Of a stretch of 64,000 nucleotides of DNA, positions 21,701 to 32,220 are shown piece after piece. Each line of letters begins with the position of its first letter. The stretch's first letter is position 1. The stretch comes from an uncultured bacterium (GTDB lineage: Bacteria; Verrucomicrobiota; Verrucomicrobiia; Limisphaerales; UBA8199), in NCBI GenBank assembly GCA_963749495.1, contig CAVVMW010000023.1, positions 256,001-320,000 of the forward strand. The letters are read 5' to 3'. The translations under genes were made by a program, and so were the position numbers. Under the pieces are notes generated by a model, which was given only the letters and a program-made list of their open reading frames with translations, did not search any database and was not told the origin of the DNA.

Positions 21701-22180
21701 GGAACTCCCCCCGGACTTTGGTTGCGGGTCACATCCGCCTTGGAGAGTGCCTCGATCTCCTCTTGCGTGAGGTGCCGGAAGGCGCCTTTGGGCAAGTCGC
21801 CCAGCGGCAGCGGGCCGATGGACACGCGAACCAATCGGAGCACCCCGACGCCCAGCGCAGCCAGCAGGCGGCGGAGGTGGCGGTTGCGGCCCTCATCGAG
21901 CACGACCTCCAGCCAACTGGTCCGACCGCCCCGGCGCAGGATGCGGGCCCGCTTTGCCGAAAGCCACTCGCCTTGGACCGCCACTCCCGCCTCCATCGAG
22001 CGGGTCAGTGGCTCGTCTGCCACGCGATCCACCTGGACATGATAGAGCTTATCGATGTGGCTGGCCGGGTCGGTCAGGCGCGCCGCCCAATCGGTGTCGT
22101 TGGTGAAGAGCAGCAGACCCTCGCTGGCCTGGTCGAGCCGGCCCACCGGCGCGACAAACGGCAGGCCCCGGCCCGCCAGG
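21679..22180 (-). pseudogene. 5'-truncated duplicate of the pseudouridine synthase
   Basis: Same sequence as the C-terminal part of 33160-33951; S4 domain and start missing. Confidence 0.9.
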
Positions 22181-22429
22181 GGCGCGGCGAGGCATAGCCG
22201 CCGAAAGCTTATTGGTCAGAGCCAGAGCCACGGGTCATAGGGCACGGTCACCTACACCTCCCGAAAGGCTCAAAAAAGTGCGAAAGTTCACTAACACCCT
22301 CTACAGGAAATGTGGCAAATCTTTTTTTGAGGAATCGCGCCGCTCACAAACCCCTGTAAAATCAGAGGAAATCTATGCCTCAGACGCCTTGTAGCTATAG
22401 TGAGTATTTTTTAGGTCGAATTTGGGTCT

Positions 22430-22456
22430 TAAGCCAGAGGCTTAGTCTGCCGATAT
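22430..22456 (+). promoter_or_regulatory. sigma28 (FliA)-type promoter candidate
   Basis: TAAG-N15-GCCGATAT versus consensus TAAA-N15-GCCGATAA. Confidence 0.55.
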
Positions 22457-23085
22457 ACGACGGGCGGCAACAGGGCGATGGGATGGGGCCATGCGCTCTA
22501 GCTGAGGCCGTTCAGTGGGGTGAGCGGCAAACGGCCTCGAATCCGATGTATCCGCGCCGACGTTCGGGCCGATACCGAACAAGACAGGCTGCCGATGCGG
22601 CCTGGGTTCGGCGGCGACGGAGAACATTAGGTGAAGTAAAACATTATGGTTGTCGTGGTGGACATCGGGCGCACCAACCAGTGTGACGCTCGAGTACGGA
22701 AATCAGCGGAAGACCTTGTTTCTGAGATATATTAAACAATGCGTGAGGAAGATGGAAACGACCCATTTTCCGCCCTTTATTGAACGCAACGGGCTGGGCA
22801 ATAATTGCCTGGCACGGCGGTCGAAATCTCTCAGCCGTCAACCTTCTTGCGGACCGGGTTGCTGCGCCTCTCACCGGATTGGCAGAAGAAGCGGAGAGGT
22901 TGACCGTTGCGGCGCGGATTTTATTGGGGAAACGAGGGCGGGCATGTTTACTGCTTTGGGGAGGCCAACAAACTGCATGGCGAGAGCCGAAACAGGCAAT
23001 CTGCTTGAAACTGCCGGCCAAACCCCGACATGGAGGTCACAACTCCTGACTCAAGCAAAACAAACCAAACAAAAGCTGAAATCGT

Positions 23086-23280
23086 TTGACCATCAATACA
23101 GACATCATGGCGTTGAATGGCGCCAACGATTTGAATGCCGCTCAGACCCGCCTCAATCAGTCGCTGGAGCGGCTATCCTTATGGGATGGAAGTCAAACCG
23201 CTGAGAACGGGACAGCCACGATCTTCCAAGGTTCCTTAACCACTATACAAGCCCATCGCTTGGATCAAGTCGGCTCGTGA
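23086..23280 (+). pseudogene. fliC: Flagellin N-terminal remnant
   Basis: TINTDIMALNGANDLNAAQTRLNQSLERLS matches the conserved flagellin N-terminus (INTNxxALxAxxxL...SLERLSSG), then similarity stops. Confidence 0.7.
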
Positions 23281-26200
23281 AAACAAACCTTCCGATCGCC
23301 TCTTGGCTGGCGTTGGCGGCGCTGGCAGTTTTCAACCTGCGATCCTCGACCTCCTTCGCCCAGGCCACCACGGCCTTCACCTACCAAGGCCAACTCACCG
23401 ATGGCGGCAGCCCGGCCAACGGCTTTTACGATCTGCGCTTCAGCCTCTGCGATGCCCTCACCAACGGCAACGTGATCGGCGCGGTGACCAACCCCGCCAC
23501 CGTTGTCAACAACGGCCTGTTCAGCGCCACCCTGGACTTCGGCGGCGTCTTCAACGGCTCAAACTACTGGCTGGAAATCGCCGTGCGCACCAACGGCGAC
23601 GCCTCGTTCACCACCTTGAGTCTGCGCCAGCCAATCCTGCCGACGCCTTACGCCATTTTTTCGACCAGCGCCGGAAGCGCAGCCACGGCGACCACCGCAG
23701 GATCAGCCACCAACGCGACCTCCGCCTCAACCGCGACGACGGCCCACAACTTCTCAGGCCCGCTCTCCGGCGATGTCGGCGGAACACAAAGCGCAACGGT
23801 GGTTGCGCGCGTCGGCGGTCTGGCAGCGACGAATGTGGCCGGCGGCGCAAGCGCGGCCAACGCCGCGACCAACGCGAACCTGGCCAATACGATTGTAAAA
23901 CGCGACGCTGTTGGGAACTTTGCCACCGCCGGGATCTTGGCCGAATGGCTTTCTGCAAGCGAATGGGTCTGGGCGAATTATTACGTGGGCAACGGCGGCG
24001 GGTTGACGAATTTGAATCCGGCCAATTTAAGTGCTGGAACGGCGGCGATCAACATTTCCGGCAACGCGGCTACTGCAACCACCGCCGCCAAGGTGACGGG
24101 GGACATCGCCGACTCCCAACTGTCGTCGAACGTTCCTTTGCTGAACGGAACAAACTCGTTTACCGGTGCAAACAACTTTGCCGGAGTTATCATTGCGACC
24201 AACGCCGACAACCTCTTCAATGGAACCTTCACGGGCAATTTCGCGGGCAATGCCACGACAGCGTCCAGCGCCACCACCTCCGGCTACGTCACTAACGCGA
24301 CTCTGACCAACAACATCAGCGGCAACGTGGCCACCGCGACCCGAGCAACCACGGCCAGTTATGCGTCAACCTCGGCAAATCCGACAAACTCAACCCTGAC
24401 AAATGCTGTGTCGGGGCCAATCACCGGCAGCATAGCGAGCGCGACCGGGCTGACCAGCAGCCAGGTGAGGACCGCCCTGGGATACACTCCGCCTACGAAC
24501 ACCTATGCGGGCATTTCCAATGCCGTCCAATTCCTGATTGCGACCAACGGTGGAGCCTTGACTCTGGGCCAGGTGACTACAGCGGTTGGCACGACCACCT
24601 TCGACGCTTACGGTGCGGCAACCACTGCCGCTCAGAACTCGACCAATGGCCTTCCCAACACCGTTTTCGCCCCGGTCGGCACGTTTGCGACCAACACCTA
24701 CGCCGGCATCTCCAATGCCGTGCAGTTCCTGATTGCGACCAACGGCGGAGCCTTGACTCTGGGCCAGGTGACTACAGCGGTTGGGGCGACCACCTTTGAC
24801 GCCTATGGCGCCGCTCAGAACTCGACCAACGGCCTTCCCAACACCGTTTTCGCCCCGGTCGGCACGTTTGCAACCAACACCTACGAGGGCATCTCCAACG
24901 CGGTCCAGTTCCTGATTGCCACCAACGGCGGAGCCTTGACTTTGGGCCAGGTGACTACAGCGGTTGGCACGACCACCTTTGACGCTTACGGAGCAGCCAG
25001 CACTGCGGCTCAGAACTCGACCAACGGCCTTCCCGACACCGCTTTCGCCCCGGCCGGCACGTTTGCAACCAACACCTACGCCGGCATCTCCAACGCCGTC
25101 CAATTCCTGATTGCAACCAACGGCGGAGCCTTGAGCAGTGGCCAGGTGACGACGGCCCTGGGCTACACGCCGCCGACCAACACCTACGCCGGAATCTCCA
25201 ACGCCGTGCAATTCCTGATTGCGACCAACGGCGGAGCCTTGACTTTGGGCCAGGTGACTACAGCGGTTGGCACGACCACCTTTGACGCTTACGGCGCCGC
25301 TCAGAACTCGACCAATGGCCTTCCCAACACCGCTTTCGCCCCGGCCGGCACATTTGCAACCAACACCTACGACGGCATCTCCAACGCCGTCCAATTCCTG
25401 ATTGCGACCAACGGCGGAGCCTTGAGCAGCGGCCAGGTGACAAGCGCGCTGGGTTACACCCCGCCCACGAATACCTACGCCGGTATCTCCAACGCGGTCC
25501 AATTCCTGATTGCGACCAACGGCGGAGCCTTGACTTTGGGCCAGGTGATTACAGCGGTCGGCACGACCACCTTTGACGCGCACGGCGCTGCTCAGAACTC
25601 GACCAATGGCCTTCCCAACACCGCTTTCGCCCCGGCCGGCACCTTTGCGACCAACACCTACGAGGGCATCTCGAACGCCGTCCAATTCCTGATTGCAACC
25701 AACGGCGGAGCCTTGAGCAGTGGCCAGGTGACAACGGCCCTGGGCTACACGCCGCCGACCAACACCTACGCCGGCATCTCCAACGCGGTCCAATTCCTGA
25801 TTGCGACCAACGGCGGAGCCTTGAGCAGTGGCCAGGTGACAACGGCCCTGGGGTACACGCCGCCGACCAACACCTACGCCGGCATTTCCAATGCCGTCCA
25901 GTTCCTGATTGCAACCAACGGCGGAGCCTTGACTTTGGGCCAGGTGACTACAGCGGTTGGGGCGACCACCTTTGACGCCTATGGCGCCGCTCAGAACTCG
26001 ACCAACGGCCTTCCCAACACCGCTTTCGCCCCGGTCGGCACGTTTACGACCAACACCTACGAGGGCATCTCCAACGCGGTCCAGTTCCTGATTGCGACAA
26101 ACGGCGGAGCCTTGAGCATCGGCCAGGTGACGACGGCCCTGGGCTACACGCCGCCGACCAACACCTACGCCGGCATTTCCAATGCGGTCCAGTTCCTGAT

Positions 26201-29200
26201 TGCCACCAACGGCGGAGCATTGACTTTGGGCCAGGTGATTACAGCGGTTGGCACGACCACCTTTGACGATTACGGCGCCGCTCAGAACTCGACCAATGGC
26301 CTTCCCAACACCGCTTTCGCCCCGGCCGGCACGTTTGCGACCAACACCTACGCCGGCATCTCCAACGCCGTCCAATTCCTGATTGCGACCAACGGTGGAG
26401 CCTTGAGCAGCGGCCAGGTGACGACGGCCCTGGGCTACACGCCGCCGACCAACACCTACGCCGGAATCTCAAACGCCGTGCAGTTCCTCATTGCAACCAA
26501 CGGCGGAGCCTTGACTCCGGGCCAGGTGACTACAGCGGTTGGCACGACCACCTTTGACGCCTACGACGCCGCTCAAAACTCGACCAATGGCCTTCCCAAC
26601 ACCGCTTTCGCCCCGGCGGGCACCTTTGCAACCAACACCTACGACGGCATCTCCAACGCGGTCCAATTCCTGATTGCGACCAACGGCGGAGCTTTGAGCA
26701 GCGGCCAGGTGACGACGGCCCTGGGCTACACGCCGCCGACCAACACCTACGAGGGCATCTCCAACGCCGTCCAATTCCTGATTGCAACCAACGGCGGAGC
26801 CTTGACTCTGGGCCAGGTCACCACAGCGGTTGGCACGACCACCTTTGACGCCTACGGCGCCGCTCAGAACTCGACCAACGGCCTTCCCAACACCGCCTTC
26901 GCCCCGGCCGGCACATTTGCAACCAACACCTACGCCGGCATCTCCAACGCCGTCCAATTCCTGATTGCAACCAACGGCGGAGCTTTGAGCAGCGGCCAGG
27001 TGACGACGGCCCTGGGCTACACGCCGCCGACCAACACCTACGCCGGCATCTCCAACGCCGTCCAGTTCCTGATTGCAACCAACGGCGGAGCCTTGACTTT
27101 GGGCCAGGTGACTACAGCGGTTGGCACGACCACCTTTGACGCTTACGGAGCAGCCAGCACTGCGGCTCAGAACTCGACCAACGGCCTTCCCGACACCGCT
27201 TTCGCCCCGGCCGGCACGTTTGCAACCAACACCTACGCCGGCATCTCCAACGCGGTCCAATTCCTGATTGCAACCAACGGCGGAGCCTTGAGCAGTGGCC
27301 AGGTGACAACGGCCCTGGGGTACACGCCGCCGACCAACACCTACGCCGGTATCTCCAACGCGGTCCAATTCCTGATTGCGACCAACGGCGGAGCCTTGAC
27401 TCTGGGCCAGGTGACTGCAGCGGTTGGCACGACCACCTTTGACGCTTACGGCGCCGCTCAGAACTCGACCAATGGCCTTCCCAACACCGCTTTCGCCCCG
27501 GCCGGCACATTTGCAACCAACACCTACGAGGGCATCTCGAATGCCGTCCAATTCCTGATTGCGACCAACGGCGGAGCTTTGAGCAGCGGCCAGGTGACGA
27601 CGGCCCTGGGCTACACGCCGCCGACCAACACCTACGCCGGAATCTCAAACGCCGTCCAATTCCTGATTGCAACCAACGGCGGAGCCTTGACTTTGGGCCA
27701 GGTGATTACAGCGGTTGGCACGACCACCTTTGACGCCTACGACGCCGCTCAGAACTCGACCAATGGCCTTCCCAACACCGCTTTCGCCCCGGCGGGCACC
27801 TTTGCAACCAACACCTACGACGGCATCTCCAACGCGGTCCAATTCCTGATTGCGACCAACGGCGGAGCCTTGAGCAGCGGCCAGGTGACGACGGCCCTGG
27901 GCTACACGCCGCCGACCAACACCTACGCCGGCATCTCCAATGCCGTGCAGTTCCTCATTGCAACCAACGGCGGAGCCTTGACTCTGGGCCAGGTGACTAC
28001 AGCGGTTGGCACGACCACCTTTGACGCTTACGGCGCTGCTCAGAACTCGACCAATGGCCTTCCCAACACCGCTTTCGCCCCGGCGGGCACCTTTGCAACC
28101 AACGCCTACGCCGGCATCTCCAACGCGGTCCAATTCCTGATTGCAACCAACGGCGGAGCCTTGAGCAGTGGCCAGGTGACAACGGCCCTGGGGTACACGC
28201 CGCCGACCAACACCTACGCCGGCATTTCCAATGCCGTCCAGTTCCTGATTGCGACCAACGGCGGAGCCTTGACTTTGGGCCAGGTGACTACAGCGGTTGG
28301 GGCGACCACCTTTGACGCCTATGGCGCCGCTCAGAACTCGACCAACGGCCTTCCCAACACCGCTTTCGCCCCCGCGGGCACGTTTGCGACCAACACCTAC
28401 GCCGGCATTTCCAATGCCGTCCAGTTCCTGATTGCCACCAACGGCGGAGCCTTGACTCTGGGCCAGGTGACTGCAGCGGTTGGCACGACCACCTTTGACG
28501 CTTACGGCGCCGCTCAGAACTCGACCAACGGCCTTCCCAACACCGCTTTCGCCCCGGCCGGCACGTTTGCAACCAACACCTACGCCGGCATCTCCAACGC
28601 CGTCCAATTCCTGATTGCGACCAACGGCGGAGCTTTGAGCAGCGGCCAGGTGACGACGGCCCTGGGCTACACGCCGCCGACCAACACCTACGCCGGCATC
28701 TCCAACGCCGTCCAGTTCCTCATTGCCACCAACGGCGGAGCCTTGACTTTGGGCCAGGTGACTACAGCGGTTGGCACGACCACCTTTGACGCTTACGGAG
28801 CAGCCAGCACTGCGGCTCAGAACTCGACCAACGGCCTTCCCGACACCGCTTTCGCCCCGGCCGGCACGTTTGCGACCAACACCTACGCCGGCATCTCCAA
28901 CGCCGTCCAATTCCTGATTGCGACCAACGGCGGAGCCTTGAGCAGTGGCCAGGTGACAACGGCCCTGGGGTACACGCCGCCGACCAACACCTACGCCGGC
29001 ATTTCCAATGCCGTCCAGTTCCTGATTGCCACCAACGGCGGAGCCTTGACTCTGGGCCAGGTGACTGCAGCGGTTGGCACGACCACCTTTGACGCTTACG
29101 GCGCCGCTCAGAACTCGACCAACGGCCTTCCCAACACCGCTTTCGCCCCGGCCGGCACGTTTGCGACCAACACCTACGCCGGCATCTCCAACGCCGTCCA

Positions 29201-31376
29201 ATTCCTGATTGCGACCAACGGCGGAGCTTTGAGCAGCGGCCAGGTGACGACGGCCCTGGGCTACACGCCGCCGACCAACACCTACGCCGGCATCTCCAAC
29301 GCCGTCCAGTTCCTCATTGCCACCAACGGCGGAGCCTTGACTCTGGGCCAGGTGACTGCAGCGGTTGGCACGACCACCTTTGACGCTTACGGCGCCGCTC
29401 AGAACTCGACCAATGGCCTTCCCAACACCGCTTTCGCCCCGGCCGGCACATTTGCGACCAACACCTACGAGGGCATCTCGAATGCCGTCCAATTCCTGAT
29501 TGCGACCAACGGCGGAGCTTTGAGCAGCGGCCAGGTGACGACGGCCCTGGGCTACACGCCGCCGACCAACACCTACGCCGGAATCTCAAACGCCGTCCAA
29601 TTCCTGATTGCGACCAACGGCGGAGCCTTGACTTTGGGCCAGGTGATTACAGCGGTTGGCACGACCACCTTTGACGCTTACGGCGCTGCTCAGAACTCGA
29701 CCAATGGCCTTCCCAACACCGCTTTCGCCCCGGCCGGCACGTTTGCGACCAACACCTACGCCGGCATCTCCAACGCCGTCCAATTCCTGATTGCGACCAA
29801 CGGTGGAGCCTTGAGCAGCGGCCAGGTGACGACGGCCCTGGGCTACACGCCGCCGACCAACACCTACGCCGGAATCTCAAACGCCGTGCAGTTCCTCATT
29901 GCGACCAACGGCGGAGCCTTGACTCCGGGCCAGGTGACTACAGCGGTTGGCACGACCACCTTTGACGCTTACGGCGCTGCTCAGAACTCGACCAATGGCC
30001 TTCCCAACACCGCTTTCGCCCCGGCCGGCACGTTTGCGACCAACACCTACGCCGGCATCTCCAACGCCGTCCAATTCCTGATTGCGACCAACGGCGGAGC
30101 CTTGACCAGCGGCCAGGTTACAACGGCCCTGGGCTACACGCCGCCCACGAATACCTACGCCGGCATCTCAAACGCAGTCCAGTTCCTTATGGCGACCAAC
30201 GGCGGGCCAATCACCGGGAGCATAGCAAACGCGACCGGGCTGACGAGCAGCCAAGTGACGACCGCCCTGGGCTATACCCCGCCCACGAATACTTACGCCG
30301 GCATCAGCAATGCAGTAAAGTTCGTCATCGCAACCAACGGTGGCCCGTTGAGCAGCAGCCAGGTGACGAGCGCGCTGGGGTACACCCCGCCCACGAACAC
30401 CTACGCCGGCATCTCAAACGCAGTCCAGTTCCTTATGGCGACCAACGGCGGGCCAATCACCGGGAGCATAGCAAACGCGACCGGGCTGACGAGCAGCCAA
30501 GTGACGACCGCCCTGGGCTATACCCCGCCCACGAATACTTACGCCGGCATCAGCAATGCAGTAAAGTTCGTCATCGCAACCAACGGTGGCCCGTTGAGCA
30601 GCAGCCAGGTGACGAGCGCGCTGGGGTACACCCCGCCCACGAACACCTACGCCGGCATCTCAAACGCAATCCAGTTCCTTATGGCGACCAACGGCGGGCC
30701 AATCACCGGGAGCATAGCAAACGCGACCGGGCTGACGAGCAGCCAGGTGACAACAGCACTCGGCGCAACGGCAGTGCAGAACGCGACATCTGCGGTGAAC
30801 TCGACCAATTTTTGGGGCACGATTTCCTCGACCAATTTTACGGCTGCTGTCGAAAGCTCGATATTGGACTTGCTCGGAAGCACCCGTGGGAGTATTATCG
30901 AACGCGGTGCTTCCAGTTGGGCTCTCATAACTCCGGGCACAGCCGGCTATATTCTAACGTCGCAAGGTCCTGGTGCAGACCCGACTTACGCAGTGAACGT
31001 GGGAAGCAGCGGTTCTGGCTTTGTTACACAAAATCCACTTACCAATAGCGTGTATGGAACGAACGTCACCTCTGTTGGAACAAGCACAAACCTTGGAACC
31101 GCATACTTCGCTGCGGGGATAAGCTCAAGTAAAGGAACAAACGCACCCGTAAGCATCACGGTCCCAGCATCAGGAACCGCCTGGGTCAATACCACTGGAT
31201 ATTCCATATTTGTCGTGATTTACGGCACACCCTCAGCTATTTCCTACAATGGAACCTCAATCGCCAGTGGCCTTCACACAACATTTAACGCTCTATATAC
31301 ATTTCCAATGAGTCCGAACGCTTCTATAACGCTGACGTACACCACGACTCCGACTATGTATTGTATTTATCAATGA
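23277..31376 (+). CDS. Giant secreted fibre/adhesin-like repeat protein (2,699 aa)
   Basis: Signal peptide; AFTYQGQL...LEIAVR...RQPILPTPYA N-domain; ~43 TNTYAGISNAVQFLIATNGG modules; VTTALGYTP tail-fibre-like motif. Confidence 0.9.
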   Translation: MKTNLPIASWLALAALAVFNLRSSTSFAQATTAFTYQGQLTDGGSPANGFYDLRFSLCDALTNGNVIGAVTNPATVVNNGLFSATLDFGGVFNGSNYWLEIAVRTNGDASFTTLSLRQPILPTPYAIFSTSAGSAATATTAGSATNATSASTATTAHNFSGPLSGDVGGTQSATVVARVGGLAATNVAGGASAANAATNANLANTIVKRDAVGNFATAGILAEWLSASEWVWANYYVGNGGGLTNLNPANLSAGTAAINISGNAATATTAAKVTGDIADSQLSSNVPLLNGTNSFTGANNFAGVIIATNADNLFNGTFTGNFAGNATTASSATTSGYVTNATLTNNISGNVATATRATTASYASTSANPTNSTLTNAVSGPITGSIASATGLTSSQVRTALGYTPPTNTYAGISNAVQFLIATNGGALTLGQVTTAVGTTTFDAYGAATTAAQNSTNGLPNTVFAPVGTFATNTYAGISNAVQFLIATNGGALTLGQVTTAVGATTFDAYGAAQNSTNGLPNTVFAPVGTFATNTYEGISNAVQFLIATNGGALTLGQVTTAVGTTTFDAYGAASTAAQNSTNGLPDTAFAPAGTFATNTYAGISNAVQFLIATNGGALSSGQVTTALGYTPPTNTYAGISNAVQFLIATNGGALTLGQVTTAVGTTTFDAYGAAQNSTNGLPNTAFAPAGTFATNTYDGISNAVQFLIATNGGALSSGQVTSALGYTPPTNTYAGISNAVQFLIATNGGALTLGQVITAVGTTTFDAHGAAQNSTNGLPNTAFAPAGTFATNTYEGISNAVQFLIATNGGALSSGQVTTALGYTPPTNTYAGISNAVQFLIATNGGALSSGQVTTALGYTPPTNTYAGISNAVQFLIATNGGALTLGQVTTAVGATTFDAYGAAQNSTNGLPNTAFAPVGTFTTNTYEGISNAVQFLIATNGGALSIGQVTTALGYTPPTNTYAGISNAVQFLIATNGGALTLGQVITAVGTTTFDDYGAAQNSTNGLPNTAFAPAGTFATNTYAGISNAVQFLIATNGGALSSGQVTTALGYTPPTNTYAGISNAVQFLIATNGGALTPGQVTTAVGTTTFDAYDAAQNSTNGLPNTAFAPAGTFATNTYDGISNAVQFLIATNGGALSSGQVTTALGYTPPTNTYEGISNAVQFLIATNGGALTLGQVTTAVGTTTFDAYGAAQNSTNGLPNTAFAPAGTFATNTYAGISNAVQFLIATNGGALSSGQVTTALGYTPPTNTYAGISNAVQFLIATNGGALTLGQVTTAVGTTTFDAYGAASTAAQNSTNGLPDTAFAPAGTFATNTYAGISNAVQFLIATNGGALSSGQVTTALGYTPPTNTYAGISNAVQFLIATNGGALTLGQVTAAVGTTTFDAYGAAQNSTNGLPNTAFAPAGTFATNTYEGISNAVQFLIATNGGALSSGQVTTALGYTPPTNTYAGISNAVQFLIATNGGALTLGQVITAVGTTTFDAYDAAQNSTNGLPNTAFAPAGTFATNTYDGISNAVQFLIATNGGALSSGQVTTALGYTPPTNTYAGISNAVQFLIATNGGALTLGQVTTAVGTTTFDAYGAAQNSTNGLPNTAFAPAGTFATNAYAGISNAVQFLIATNGGALSSGQVTTALGYTPPTNTYAGISNAVQFLIATNGGALTLGQVTTAVGATTFDAYGAAQNSTNGLPNTAFAPAGTFATNTYAGISNAVQFLIATNGGALTLGQVTAAVGTTTFDAYGAAQNSTNGLPNTAFAPAGTFATNTYAGISNAVQFLIATNGGALSSGQVTTALGYTPPTNTYAGISNAVQFLIATNGGALTLGQVTTAVGTTTFDAYGAASTAAQNSTNGLPDTAFAPAGTFATNTYAGISNAVQFLIATNGGALSSGQVTTALGYTPPTNTYAGISNAVQFLIATNGGALTLGQVTAAVGTTTFDAYGAAQNSTNGLPNTAFAPAGTFATNTYAGISNAVQFLIATNGGALSSGQVTTALGYTPPTNTYAGISNAVQFLIATNGGALTLGQVTAAVGTTTFDAYGAAQNSTNGLPNTAFAPAGTFATNTYEGISNAVQFLIATNGGALSSGQVTTALGYTPPTNTYAGISNAVQFLIATNGGALTLGQVITAVGTTTFDAYGAAQNSTNGLPNTAFAPAGTFATNTYAGISNAVQFLIATNGGALSSGQVTTALGYTPPTNTYAGISNAVQFLIATNGGALTPGQVTTAVGTTTFDAYGAAQNSTNGLPNTAFAPAGTFATNTYAGISNAVQFLIATNGGALTSGQVTTALGYTPPTNTYAGISNAVQFLMATNGGPITGSIANATGLTSSQVTTALGYTPPTNTYAGISNAVKFVIATNGGPLSSSQVTSALGYTPPTNTYAGISNAVQFLMATNGGPITGSIANATGLTSSQVTTALGYTPPTNTYAGISNAVKFVIATNGGPLSSSQVTSALGYTPPTNTYAGISNAIQFLMATNGGPITGSIANATGLTSSQVTTALGATAVQNATSAVNSTNFWGTISSTNFTAAVESSILDLLGSTRGSIIERGASSWALITPGTAGYILTSQGPGADPTYAVNVGSSGSGFVTQNPLTNSVYGTNVTSVGTSTNLGTAYFAAGISSSKGTNAPVSITVPASGTAWVNTTGYSIFVVIYGTPSAISYNGTSIASGLHTTFNALYTFPMSPNASITLTYTTTPTMYCIYQ
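24455..30760 (+). repeat. Intragenic modular tandem repeat (108, 183 and 195-bp units; 291-bp superunit)
   Basis: Constant 22-aa module alternates with 14-aa, 39-aa or 43-aa spacers; synonymous variation between units. Confidence 0.95.
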
Positions 31377-31461
31377 AGACTCTATTCATTCTTCTTTTGT
31401 CTGCGGCTTGCTGGCTGGAAACACTGGAGCAGGGCCTCCAAGCAGGAAACGGAGGCGAGAA

Positions 31462-31956
31462 ATGAACGCGCGAGGATGGAAGAGGGCGGTCGGTGGCAGG
31501 CGGGGCCTGTTTTTACCGCTGCTATTCTTCATTATTCTTCATTCATCCCTCTGCCCTCGGGCTTTTGGGCAACGCTACTCCATTGACTGGTACAAAATCT
31601 CCAGCGGCGGCGGCGCCAGCGCCAACGGCCGGTATTCTGTCAGCGGCACCGTCGGCCAGCCGGATGCCGGAGCGAGCCTGGGTGGTGGCAGTTATTCGCT
31701 GACGGGCGGCTTCTGGAGCCTCATTTCCGTGGTGCAAACCGTCGGCGCGCCATCCTTGACCGTCACGCATTCGGGCAACAACGTCGTTATTTCGTGGCCA
31801 TCGCCCTCGACGGGCTTTGTGTTGCAGCAGAATCAAAATCCGGCGGCGGGAAGCTGGTCGCCAGCCAACGGCTTCACCGTTTCCGACAACGGCACGAACA
31901 AGAGCATTACCATCACATCCCGGACAAGAAATGTGTTCTTCCGATTGAAGCGATGA
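31462..31956 (+). CDS. Secreted partner protein of the fibre (IDWY...GQPDAG...GGFW type)
   Basis: QRYSIDWYKISSGGG...VGQPDAG...LTGGFW, then a small beta domain ending NVFFRLKR. Confidence 0.8.
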   Translation: MNARGWKRAVGGRRGLFLPLLFFIILHSSLCPRAFGQRYSIDWYKISSGGGASANGRYSVSGTVGQPDAGASLGGGSYSLTGGFWSLISVVQTVGAPSLTVTHSGNNVVISWPSPSTGFVLQQNQNPAAGSWSPANGFTVSDNGTNKSITITSRTRNVFFRLKR

Positions 31957-31997
31957 AAGGTCCAGTCCGAAAATCCTGCAATAATTCATTGACCAAA

Positions 31998-32162
31998 CTG
32001 CCGCATCATGATGGGCACTGGGAGGCGACCCTCGATTTAGGGCTGGGACGGCATGAATAGAAGTTCGCGGTCAACGAGCACTGGATACCCGATCCGCTCG
32101 GGCACGAGCACATTTGGAAGCATCACGACACGCTCAATTCGGTGATTGAAGTCCGGGCCTGA
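31998..32162 (+). pseudogene. Glycogen-binding (CBM48/AMPK1_CBM-like) domain remnant
   Basis: DGHWEATLDLGLGRHE*KFAVNEHWIPDPLGHEHIWKHHDTLNSVIEV with in-frame TAG at 32058-32060 where Tyr is expected. Confidence 0.65.
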
Positions 32163-32220
32163 TTATAGCGGATAGCGACTGCGGCTGACCGCAGGTCCAC
32201 AGCGCGGTGGCGGCGCTTGT

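Larger units (their letters stand above)
20740..22180. repeat. 1,441-bp direct repeat, left copy
   Basis: Matches 32221-33661 at offset 11,481; differences seen at 21848, 21925, 22005 and 22054. Confidence 0.95.

Noticed and set aside
23086..23400. Flagellin export signal fused to the fibre (flagellar T3SS secretion)
   Set aside because: The remnant ends in a stop in a different frame, and the fibre has its own Sec signal peptide
24390..30074. Long antisense ORFs over the fibre gene
   Set aside because: Shadow frames of a repetitive GC-rich gene
24455..30760. CRISPR-like or DGR-like repeat array
   Set aside because: The units are in-frame coding repeats with recurring, non-unique spacers; no cas genes, reverse transcriptase or adenine-specific TR/VR pair was seen
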